Of a DNA stretch of 64,000 bases, positions 54,601 to 64,000 are shown piece after piece (position 1 is the first letter of the stretch; each line of letters starts with the position of its first letter). The notes below the pieces were generated by a model that ran no database searches, was not told the DNA's origin, and saw only the letters and a list, made by a program, of their open reading frames with translations. The translations under genes were made by a program, and so were the position numbers. Source of the DNA: Entomortierella parvispora E1425 (taxonomy: Eukaryota; Fungi; Mortierellomycota); contig BQFW01000008.1 in the NCBI GenBank assembly GCA_020891255.1, positions 3,224,001-3,288,000 of the forward strand, written 5' to 3'.

Positions 54601-55578
54601 GCCGCATCCCCTAGTCGAAGGCGGCCACTGAGACTGTTGAGAATCAGTGTACGAGGAATTGTGCCTGCAACTGCTCCAACATCGAGTTCTCGGCCTTCAA
54701 GTCCGACACCTGCAGTCAATCTTGATGATTCTGGTCATCCTACAACGACGGCTGTGCCCCAAATACAGCATGTAGACCAAACTGCTGTTCAGGAACTGGA
54801 AAAACTCGAAGCTCAAGGAAGATATACAGAGGCAATGTCCTTGAGTGATGCCTCGTTGCGTATGACAGCCGCCAGAGTTTTTCAGGTAAGAACAATTGCC
54901 CTCGCCTTTCGACTCTTCCCTGAATCTGTCCAGATTATTAGGAACTTACATTAACTCACCATTTCTTTCGACAGTGCTATGAAATTGATCAGTTCGCGGT
55001 CAGCAAAGACGATGTGATTGGACAGCAGCACTCTTCCATCTGGAAACGACCTTCAGGAGCTGACCATCTATATCTGGACCAAGAGCTTGCAAGTCTCTTT
55101 GAGAACGGAATTGAGTCACTGCAATCCTTCAAAGATAACCATGTCAGTCTCTTTGAGGATTCGATAAAACGTGAGGATCCGGAGAGAGCGCTCGCTGAAC
55201 ATTTCATCCCGTTGAGCGACGATATGTCCAGGTATTTTTTTTTTTTTTTTGTTTTTTCATCATATTTTTGTGATATTGGTACTGACGTTACTCTTTTGAT
55301 CCCGTTGAATACACGAATACAGAGCGCTTCTACGAATGCAACCAGCCTTGGAACAGATCCTATCCATCCAGGCTCTTCGATTCCAGCTCAGATCAGCCTT
55401 TTCTCTGTATGCACCAGCCCTCCGGGCCATGCTTCAGGCACAAGAATTGAACACCATGGTGCCCTTAGGGAAACGTACCATGCGCAGCGGTGGCCACTTG
55501 AGACGACATCTTCAGATGCTGTCGGATCAGGAAGCAGCTTGTCTTTTATCCACTGCCTTTGAGAGTCACCGTTATTAG
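51647..55578 (+). CDS. ELG1: Elg1/ATAD5 RFC-like PCNA unloader subunit
   Basis: [55 protein letters not shown] and [10 protein letters not shown] motifs; multi-exon. Confidence 0.9.
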
Positions 55579-56271
55579 ACCCCTATTTTAGAAAATATAC
55601 CATCGAGCCGTGCCTGAATTGCTCTTTTCCTTGTATCTATTTTCGATGCCCTGTTTTAACGCGTACAACGACCACAATTGCCCAAGCAGAGCTTGCCGTG
55701 CAAAGCCTGGTGCACAGAGAAAACAAAGGACGGACTTTGGAGCCCTCTATAGGATGATTGGTATGCCCTGTCGACAATCAAACTTATATTTGTGGAGGAG
55801 GATGCCGGGTAACTGGTTTTTGTTTTGAACCAAAAAGTCAAACGTTCAAAAGAGTTTTGGGCCGCTCAGCCCTTTTTTCGCTGGGTTTTTTTTTCTTTTT
55901 TGATCTTGAAAAAGGGTTTCAGCCTCCTCAGCCCGACCGGTGCCCATTCGACCCAATATTGTTGGATGCCATGTCATGTCATAGATTCGGAAACTCGTAG
56001 TCGAAACTCGTAGTCGAGCAGGAGCGCGATTCTGGTTTTTTGTCAATTGTTGCAATTGAGATACAGTACATACACTGAGAATTGGGGCAGGTGTTTCCAA
56101 GAGCCCAAAAGCTGTGGTTACTTTACTGTCACTTTGAACCACAACTGTTTCGAGGCATTAACAACAAAGTTATGTTTGATGATGATAAAAAAGATTATTA
56201 TTACAGTTGTTGTGCAATGGGTATGATACAAAGGAGTAAATGTGAAGAGGTAGTGAGGGAGAGAGGGCTCT

Positions 56272-58629
56272 TCAAGATTGCTCGGCGTAGGTGTTGTGGC
56301 CGAACCAGTTCTCGCCAACTCTTGGGCACTGGTCGATCGAGGATGAATTGTTACCCCACCATTGGGGCATCTTGATGTTGTTGTTTTGGAGTGCAAAGAA
56401 AATCACCAAGGCAGATATGGCGACACCGGCATCCAAGGCGGCGGACATGACATAGTTGTACTTTGACCACCATCCGAAGTGTCTGCGCTTGATCACAAAG
56501 TTGAAGATGAAACCGATCAAGGCCCAAGTGGGCATGATGGAGGTGCCAGCAGGGGGGTATGGGCCACCACCAAGCATGAACGCGGCCATGTTGACATCCT
56601 TCACCCATGAGTTGGGGTACTTGCGTGCGAGCAAGTAGAAGGGGACGGGGAGCACAAAGCCGATGAAGAAGAACCACACGATAGGGTAGTACATCGAAGA
56701 AGGCGAGAGGAACTTGAGAGGGCCGACGACACCCCACACGATAGACGAGGCGCCAAAGAGGGAAGCCGAGGGGCAAGTAAAAGGATAGGCGGCTGGTGTG
56801 CAAATGTCATCGATGGAGGTCATCAAATACGTCGTTGTGCCCATCGAGACCAAAGCAGCCAAAAAGGTGCCGACCATCTGGAAGATAAACATGTCTCTTG
56901 GAGGAACCTTCATGTAGTGTCCGAGCTTGAGGTCCTGAGTGAAGAGGATGGCCTGCTGAACCGTGATAAAGCCATAGGTCTTGAAGATCATGTTTCCAAT
57001 GGGCCTACCAGGCGAGATCACACCAAACACCCATTCTGAGATCATGGAAATCGAGGGAGCCTGGGAAGTGATGGCAGTCAAGATACCGACAGGCAGGGTC
57101 CAGATAGCGGCCAGTCCCATGGCAACAAGAACGTGCCACCAGGTCATGTCACTGGAAGGGTACAATTCCACAGTAAGGATAGAGAGACCGCAGGCAAGGA
57201 CAAACGTAGCGGCATACCACCAGTCAGGGCATTCAGGGTAGTGATCCATCAAACGAGCATGGATGTCCTCGTCCTTCTGCTTGGCACTGCGAATTCGCTT
57301 CCAAATATCCTTGCCGTGGTAGAGCAAAGCGTGAGAGACAATGGCACCCAGAGCGCAGAGTCCCTGACCATACATGGTTGCAAAAAAGGCGGTGATGCGA
57401 ACAGGAGAATAGGCATCGTACTTCTCCTCATCCAAAGCGTTATTGACGAGGACTCGGCTGAGGTTGTAAGGTTGGCCGACATTGTCGTAGGTATTGGTGT
57501 TGTAAATGGGAAACAGCTTTCCATCATACCTGTTCGTATAGTACATGATGGGGATCAGAATCCACACAAAGAAGACAAAGCCGGCGAGCATGTTGGCCTG
57601 AGCCCACCAAGGGATGGCGAGGGGTGAGGGCAACCAAGCGGACATCGAGGACCAGTCGAGGGTAAACGATCCATATCCAATGCCATTGAGTCCCGAGCCA
57701 AGCTGGTTCAGAAGAAGTGAGTCTCTGTTGATCCAGCAGACCCAACTGATGGAGGTCAAAAGGGGGAAAATGTAGCCTGGTAACCAGTAGTACACAAACA
57801 TGGCTGCAGAGACGAGGAAGAAGAACATGTTTCTTGACATTGTCCAGGAGGTGGCCTCGTCAACGTTTGGGCTCCTGAGAGTACCATTGCCAGCGTTGCG
57901 ACGGTGGAGTGTGTGGAAAAGAGTGGCGTTGACCAGGTTGACGGGCCAGACCATGGCCGCAGGGCGGACCAAAAAGCGTCTAAGGGCTCCAGCGAAACCA
58001 TAGCCGACAAACTGGGTAGAGAGGACCAAGAGCAAGCCACCACCAAAGCCCCAGCTGTCGTGGTAGTAAAGCTCCTGAATAACGATGATGTCAATGGCGG
58101 CAAAAGTGGTCGCTCCGGTGTTGGCCATGATGGTGATCAAGACATGCTCTTTGATGTTGAAAGGCCCAGGGTTGAGGGAGAACTTCCAACCAAAGATCGA
58201 GTAAGTCCGGGTGGGGAGAATGCGGGCCATAAAAGAGCCCAAAGGGTAAGCGAGCAATTGAGCGACCATGACACGGATGGTCAGAGGGTTATCGCGGAAC
58301 CAGAAGAACTGATTCACAAAGGCCAGCACCAAAGTGAAGAAGATGCCGAGAAACCATGCACGGAAGGTCTTTGTTGGGAGAGAAGTGTCATCTGTTGGAG
58401 GAACTGAGGCACGAACTTCGAGAATAGGCTGCAAAAAGGAGGAAAGGAGAGGGGCTACGGGTTAGGGCCTGTTCATATCCCTGACGGAGGGGAGAAGGAG
58501 AGAAAATGTCCGCCAGCTTACCGAGTCATCGACTTCGTCAAGACTGTCGATGGATAGAGCCTTCTCGTTCAGAGAGAGGGCGTCGACAACGTCAACTTTG
58601 CCTTCTTTCCGGTCAACTATTGCCGCCAT
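56272..58629 (-). CDS. OPT-family oligopeptide transporter
   Basis: DDSPILEVRASV after splicing intron 58521-58429, then NPGPFNIKEH and DLKLGHYMKVPPR; many TM segments. Confidence 0.95.
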
Positions 58630-59599
58630 GATATATGGTATGTTTGTGAGGGATGCTGTCGTGGAAGTGAGGCAGAGAGGAGAGTGAAGGAGGGTGAGGA
58701 TGAGAGAGGGAGAGAGGGAGAGAGGGAGAGAGGGAAGGAGAGACAGAGAAAATATGAACAAAGAGAGTGAGGGACACAAAAAAATTAGAGGGAGGACTGT
58801 GGGGAGAAAGAAAAAAGCACGCAGACACATCTCTCCTTTTTATACGAGTAGTTTCATTCACGCGATCAAAACCGATGTTGCTCCAGACAATGATAGATAT
58901 CCTTTTGACCCCTCAACAGCCAAGAAAGAGTCGCGATCGCATCATCCACATCAACGTCCGCTTCCATGTCAAAAGGGGGTAATCTCTGGCCTATCACGTC
59001 CGTCGGCCGTCGATACTCCGCCGATCCGTGTTAGAAATCGACTGAAAATTTTATTTTATTCTCCTTTGGCCCTTTTCCCGGTCCATTTGCTGTTCGCTGA
59101 CTGGCCAGAGACCTGGCAAGTGCGACAATGCCCGCACTGGCGCCTTCTAAGCTGGCAAGATGGCGTGCTCGTTACACTGCCAGCTACCCTTATTATTAAT
59201 AATGGCGTGCTTGTTTGGTACTCCTACAATACACAGGTTCCTCCTCCTGCTGCTGAGGATGGACGTGTGCCTTACACGGACTGCCAGGGAATATGTTCGG
59301 TATAAGCTACTCCACTCCAGGCGGCCCTGTTTCCAGAGTCGTCCGTTGTACCTGTATTAGTATTGTTTCTTCCAGCAGGGCATATACGCAATATAGCTCG
59401 CGCCTCAAAAGACACCCCCTTTTTTTTACAGTCATCATTGAGGCTGTTGCCACTAGAGCCAAGTCTGCTGGTTCTGGCTTTGCCGAGGAACTTGCAATTG
59501 ATCGCCTTGAGGGCTCTTGCGGCAACTGACGCCACCAAAAAAAAAAAAAAAAAAAAAAAAGCCCCAGTATTAAGGGGCGACATTGGAATGCTTTGTTGT

Positions 59600-59990
59600 G
59601 AAAAGTGCTTTGTGTTTTTCATTTTTTTTTTCATCTCTTTCTTTCATCTCTTCATTCCCCCATCCAACCAATCCTTCCGTTGAAGTTAGATCTCAAAAGG
59701 TACTTTGCAGTGAACTTTCTCCTTTTGCCACTCACAGCCTTGGCGCTCCGCCCTGTTCACTGTAGCAATGATGCTTAACGATTAGTCTTTATGATGCCTC
59801 TTCGGAGCAATGGATACAACATACCCATACCCTGAGCCACAAACAACAACAGAAACGATGTGTATTAATTACATGATCAATCGTTTATTCTTGGCTTTTG
59901 CAGAAACCTGACATTTCCTTTGTTTCTCTCTGTTCTTTACAGGTATTTCCCGTTTTCGTCGCCCGTTATTTGTTCGTTCCAATAAACATG
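59600..59990 (+). ncRNA. Small spliced non-coding host transcript for a single snoRNA (ends approximate)
   Basis: Pyrimidine-rich first exon, donor GTACTT at 59700, acceptors at 59903 and 59942, AATAAA at 59981-59986. No ORF; RRPE-like TGAAAATTTT at 59043-59052. Confidence 0.55.
59761..59841 (+). ncRNA. Box C/D snoRNA, predicted guide for 25S A917 (yeast numbering)
   Basis: Terminal stem TGTAGC/GCCACA (5 of 6 pairs), C box ATGATGC 59768-59774, D' ATGA 59791-59794, D box CTGA 59832-59835. The 12-nt guide CGATTAGTCTTT is complementary to 25S AAAGACUAAUCG. Confidence 0.72.
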
Positions 59991-60422
59991 TATTACAATT
60001 TCACGCTCAAATCGCGTCGCTTTCAAAGGAACTTGTTGTCTTCAATGGGCCATTTCCTCTTGTCAATGGGCTGCTGGGTGTCGCGTTTCTCGTCAATCAG
60101 ATCGAGCGATTCGACAACGCCTCCTTGCCCCCTGATCATGTCTTGGTCTTTCTGTTCTTCCGCCTTTCAACCGAGTCGTTGCCCTGTCCACTATGGTTGC
60201 GATTACAGTCGCCCTTTCCTCCTTGTCAGACGACCCTTCCGCCTGTTGCCTCGCTTTGGTCCAGCAAGATCAATTTCGAAAGTTGTTACTGTCGCCCTCA
60301 AACCACTACTTGAGTATCCCTCTCCTTTGCGGTGCCACTGGCAGCTCCATTTCAGCCCTGCCATCGAGGGGGCCCTACTGCCTTATCGAGTGAGGTTGAC
60401 AATGGATGTCTGGATGATCTCG

Positions 60423-60458
<36 letters not shown>

Positions 60459-62197
60459 GTGTGAATGTTGTTGCCCTGCCTGATCGTGTCCCTGTCCTGT
60501 CCCGTCCTCGCGACCCATCAATCCTGCATCCTGTGCGCCAGAAGAGAGTCAATCCAATCTATACGGCCAAATGGGCAGATTAACAATGTTGTCCTTGGTC
60601 CGACAAACTGCCAACTCCCAGAGATCGAGAAACCAGACATGGCACCTTATACTGAGCAAGCCCACATACCAGCATCCATTTTTGAATGTCCCGACGCGCT
60701 TTTGTAAGGCGGCTGCTCGTGCCGATGATCATCGTCTTTCAGCAAGACGCCCAGTTATATTTCTGTCAGTATGGGGTCCAGTCGGGTAGCAACAACGGAG
60801 TCAACAGTTGCTGGACAACGCGCAAGAGCAATGCTGAGGGTAGACTGGGCGATGAGTGCCGAGACGAGTTCTTGGCTTCATTCTGCAGAACATGAAGGTA
60901 TCGCTGACGCTGTCCAATGAATCGGAGGAATGAAAGGTCGGCATCTACAACAAGCACGATTAATGCCGTACCCGACGATGGATGGACTGGGACATGACCG
61001 CCGTTTCAGACGCCTGTTGACTTCCCGACATGTTGCTGTTGTTGACGCTGTTCCTCGAAGTGATGAGTGTGTCCAGCACGGCAATTTTCACGGTGCAAGT
61101 CCAGGGTGGAGCAGAAGAAGGAACAAAAGAAATGAGGAACCTTTTTTTTTTTTTTTTTTTTTCCTCCCCTCAATCCAGCATGCACTGCTTCACTACCTCC
61201 TTTTCATTCTTTCTCATTCTCTCGTCCCTTGTCCAGGCCCTTTCCGCTTTATAGATTTTGCCATCATTGCTGAATCATGGGGAGTCGTACTTCTTTGCAT
61301 ACATGAACCGTATTCCCCCTCAACGAGACATCAGTCTGCTATTGACGACATTCTCCAAAGCGTTGCAACGGACAGGTTCCTTGCGGGGTATTCACTCTGG
61401 ACTCCTGGATTCTGACGACCCGCCGATCATTATCCCACAGGCAGTTGCGATCCAACCCTCGAAAAGGATCCTCTATCTTCACTGAAGATACCATCGCCAG
61501 GTAACGCCACATCTTTCCTTTTGATGTTGAAAGGACGGTCGTGAAAAGTACTGATGTTTTCATCCCTTCTGCTCTCTGGACTCTAGATTCTTCGAACTTG
61601 GACTATTTACTCGCAATCACACTACCATTGTTTGATACTGAGCACAGTAGCTCCGGCAGGGTACGCCCGATAGTTCGCCTGCTGTCCTTGCGGCTATTCT
61701 AAGGATCAGGGACATCTACTTGGAAGACGGGATTCTTCAGGAAGTTGCCACGCCTGCTTTCAGATGGATGAGATTGAGCCCTTGTCAAGGACGAGGCTGA
61801 TCATATTCACTGGAATGCGGTGTGGAGAGTCCACATTCTGTACCTTGTGCGGGGTTTTCAGCGATCGTATATGGCTAACTTGTCTCTTCAGCATTTTCGT
61901 CAAGCGTGGCATCGCGTTTTCTCTTAATCTTGGACGGGCCACAAAGGGTCTATGTTTGGTTGTAAGGAGCGATCGAGCTAGACTTCGGATATTGGCACAG
62001 GAATTCGGCTAGCCAGTTTGTCGTGTGAAGACCAGAGGCCCTCTTGCGATTTCAAGACCGATTTCGTCCCTTCGCATCCACTGCCAGGAACATGCACCCT
62101 CCTGGATAGCCTCCCCTCAATGTCACATTATTGAAGATTTCGATGAGGATGATTTTTTTTTATTCTTTGGTGAATGATGGCAGGCAAGGCAGCAGTC

Positions 62198-64000
62198 TTA
62201 GGCCATGGTTCTGCGCTTTACAAACTTGTATGTTTCCACGAAGGCAGTGTAAATAAACAGCATACCAAAGACAAGACCCCACTCGTACGAGATACCCTCA
62301 TGCTTGAAAACATTCTTGTTCAGGCCAGGGACATATATCACTGGGAAGAGGATCATGGCTCCAATGACAATGGCTAACCAGAGAGTCTTGTTCTGTTGCG
62401 CAGTCTTGAGGCGGCTCCATTGCCAGCCGGACTGGCGGATGTCGCGGCAGTTGATCGCATGCGAGAGGATCAGAAAAGTCAAGGTGGCGTAACATGTTGC
62501 ACGAGCGCGAAATACACCATCACAGATCTCAGAGTAGGTTACGTTGCATTTGTATCCAAGTTCGCCGTTCTCGAAAACAAAGAGCACGAGGATGAAGGGA
62601 ACAAACGACAGAACTGCCATGGCAATTCCGTAAACAAACATGTCCATCAAGACCTCGAACGAAAATAAACCTTGCTTGGAAGTGCGAGGAGGTTCCGTCA
62701 TGTTCGTTTCACTGGCAGGCTCAAGACCCAAACCGATGGCTGGTGGGGAAGAGTAACAAAGGTTCATGAACAGAATGGCAGCAGCACTCAAGGGAAAGAC
62801 AGAGTCTTGCTGCTTATCCTTGATAGCCAAAGAAACCACCAGAACGAGGATGGTCGCAATGTTTCCAGACATCAGATGCTGGACAAATTTTTGGATATTG
62901 AAGAACATGCGACGGCCCTCGGCGATTGCTTCAACAATTGTGGCAAAGTTGTCGTCAGTAAGAACAATATCAGCGGCTTGCTTGGCAACATCGGACCCAG
63001 ACTGACCCATGGCAATGCCAACGTTGGCCGCCTTGAGCGAAGGAGAGTCGTTAACGCCATCTCCCGTCATGGCGGCGAAAAGATTCCGTCTGTGAAGAGC
63101 GGCAATCATCTTGACTTTGGTATTGGGCGAGCATCGAGCGACAACACGAGGAAGTTCATTCAAAGCGTCGATTTGGTCGTCAGACATAGCATCAAATTTG
63201 TCGGCACTCATGACCATAGAGCTGTTCTTGATGTCGGTATCGGCAGGGATTATGGCAACTTCCTTGGCGATCGCCGCTGCAGTGGAGGGGTGGTCACCGG
63301 TGAGCATGTGAACTCGGATGCCTGCCTCATAACACTTCATCACGGCTGGAAGAGATTCGGCACGAGGGGGATCATAGATACCAATCAGGCCCAAAAAAAC
63401 CAGATTCGACTCGACATCATCGCGATCCAGGCCATGAACAAGATCCGTGCCAGGGGTAGGGTGGAACTTGCGGTAAGAGACCGACAAAACACGGAGACCC
63501 TGTTCAGCCAAATGGTCGACTCTCTCCATAACGGTGGAAACAAAGTCAGAATGGATGGCATCAGACTTTTCCTTGAATGGGATTTCCGCTTCTCCGTCGC
63601 GGTAGTGGCTGCAGCATGCAAGAATCCTTTCTGTGGCGCCTTTGGTGAAAATCAGGTGCTCAGTATCTTTCTTCTTGTTACTGGAGGGGGCCTTATACAA
63701 CACAGACATACGTTTGACAGCGGAATCAAATGGGAACTCAGTAATGAGTTGAAAGCCGTCCTCAACCAGCTCGGGTTTTGGCATTCCAGCTTTGTGCGCT
63801 AGTACCTGGAGCGCAATCTCTGTGGGGTCGCCAATGGCTGTCCATTCACCATGGGTCTCTGGATGGTTGGCACGGCGGAGTTCAGCCATGTTACAGAGAG
63901 CTGATGCTTGGAAGACACGCAAGAGCTGTTCGGTACTTGACTCGGGGGTAATTCTTTCTTCTTGAGCATGGAGGTTGCTGTCATTGGGTTCGCCCTGACG
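62198..64000 (-). CDS. ENA1: ENA-type (P2D) Na+/K+ P-type ATPase, 3' part
   Basis: GDPTEIALQV, FPFDSAVKRMSV, YDPPR, MLTGDHP, AMTGDGVNDSPSL and fungal ENA-type C-terminal TMs. The frame is open to the window edge. Confidence 0.88.
   Translation of the reverse strand, partial: RQGEPNDSNLHAQEERITPESSTEQLLRVFQASALCNMAELRRANHPETHGEWTAIGDPTEIALQVLAHKAGMPKPELVEDGFQLITEFPFDSAVKRMSVLYKAPSSNKKKDTEHLIFTKGATERILACCSHYRDGEAEIPFKEKSDAIHSDFVSTVMERVDHLAEQGLRVLSVSYRKFHPTPGTDLVHGLDRDDVESNLVFLGLIGIYDPPRAESLPAVMKCYEAGIRVHMLTGDHPSTAAAIAKEVAIIPADTDIKNSSMVMSADKFDAMSDDQIDALNELPRVVARCSPNTKVKMIAALHRRNLFAAMTGDGVNDSPSLKAANVGIAMGQSGSDVAKQAADIVLTDDNFATIVEAIAEGRRMFFNIQKFVQHLMSGNIATILVLVVSLAIKDKQQDSVFPLSAAAILFMNLCYSSPPAIGLGLEPASETNMTEPPRTSKQGLFSFEVLMDMFVYGIAMAVLSFVPFILVLFVFENGELGYKCNVTYSEICDGVFRARATCYATLTFLILSHAINCRDIRQSGWQWSRLKTAQQNKTLWLAIVIGAMILFPVIYVPGLNKNVFKHEGISYEWGLVFGMLFIYTAFVETYKFVKRRTMA

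Noticed and set aside
55990-56015. 13-bp tandem duplication GAAACTCGTAGTC
   Set aside because: Two copies only; ordinary slippage in a terminator region.
60000-62100. Possible relic coding fragments between the second snoRNA host and the ENA 3' end
   Set aside because: Short peptides with frequent stops and no recognisable family. GTGATGA at 61060 has no D box in range.

Overview
Eukaryotic, intron-rich fungal DNA. The family is probably Mortierellaceae, inferred from the Sel1-repeat and NACHT-pentapeptide-WD40 genes, not from a search. About 20 protein-coding genes are present: two tandem Sel1-repeat genes, an ABCC transporter, a Meu6-type PH protein, HSP78, a secreted I9 inhibitor, MAD1, an NLR-like NACHT-WD40 gene, a GPI protein, ERV2, POP5, 6-phosphogluconolactonase, MBF1, an INTS13/Asunder homolog, an Opi1-like regulator, an acidic/His-rich membrane protein, an Ecl1-like protein, ELG1, an OPT transporter and a partial ENA ATPase. 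There is also a tRNA-Asp and a 1.3 kb Mutator deletion derivative with perfect 175-bp TIRs. The main result is invisible in the ORF track. The apparently empty region 9.3-11.5 kb is a spliced non-coding host gene on the minus strand whose introns each carry a box C/D snoRNA: snR57-, snR55/U33-, two identical snR61/U38-, a SNORD126-like and a snR65-like guide. A second small host near 59.7 kb carries another C/D snoRNA. The second notable result is a fungal Integrator subunit INTS13 that keeps its C-terminal cleavage-module-binding motif. No rRNA or CRISPR was seen. All homology calls and rRNA numbering come from remembered reference sequences, and exon boundaries were read by eye.
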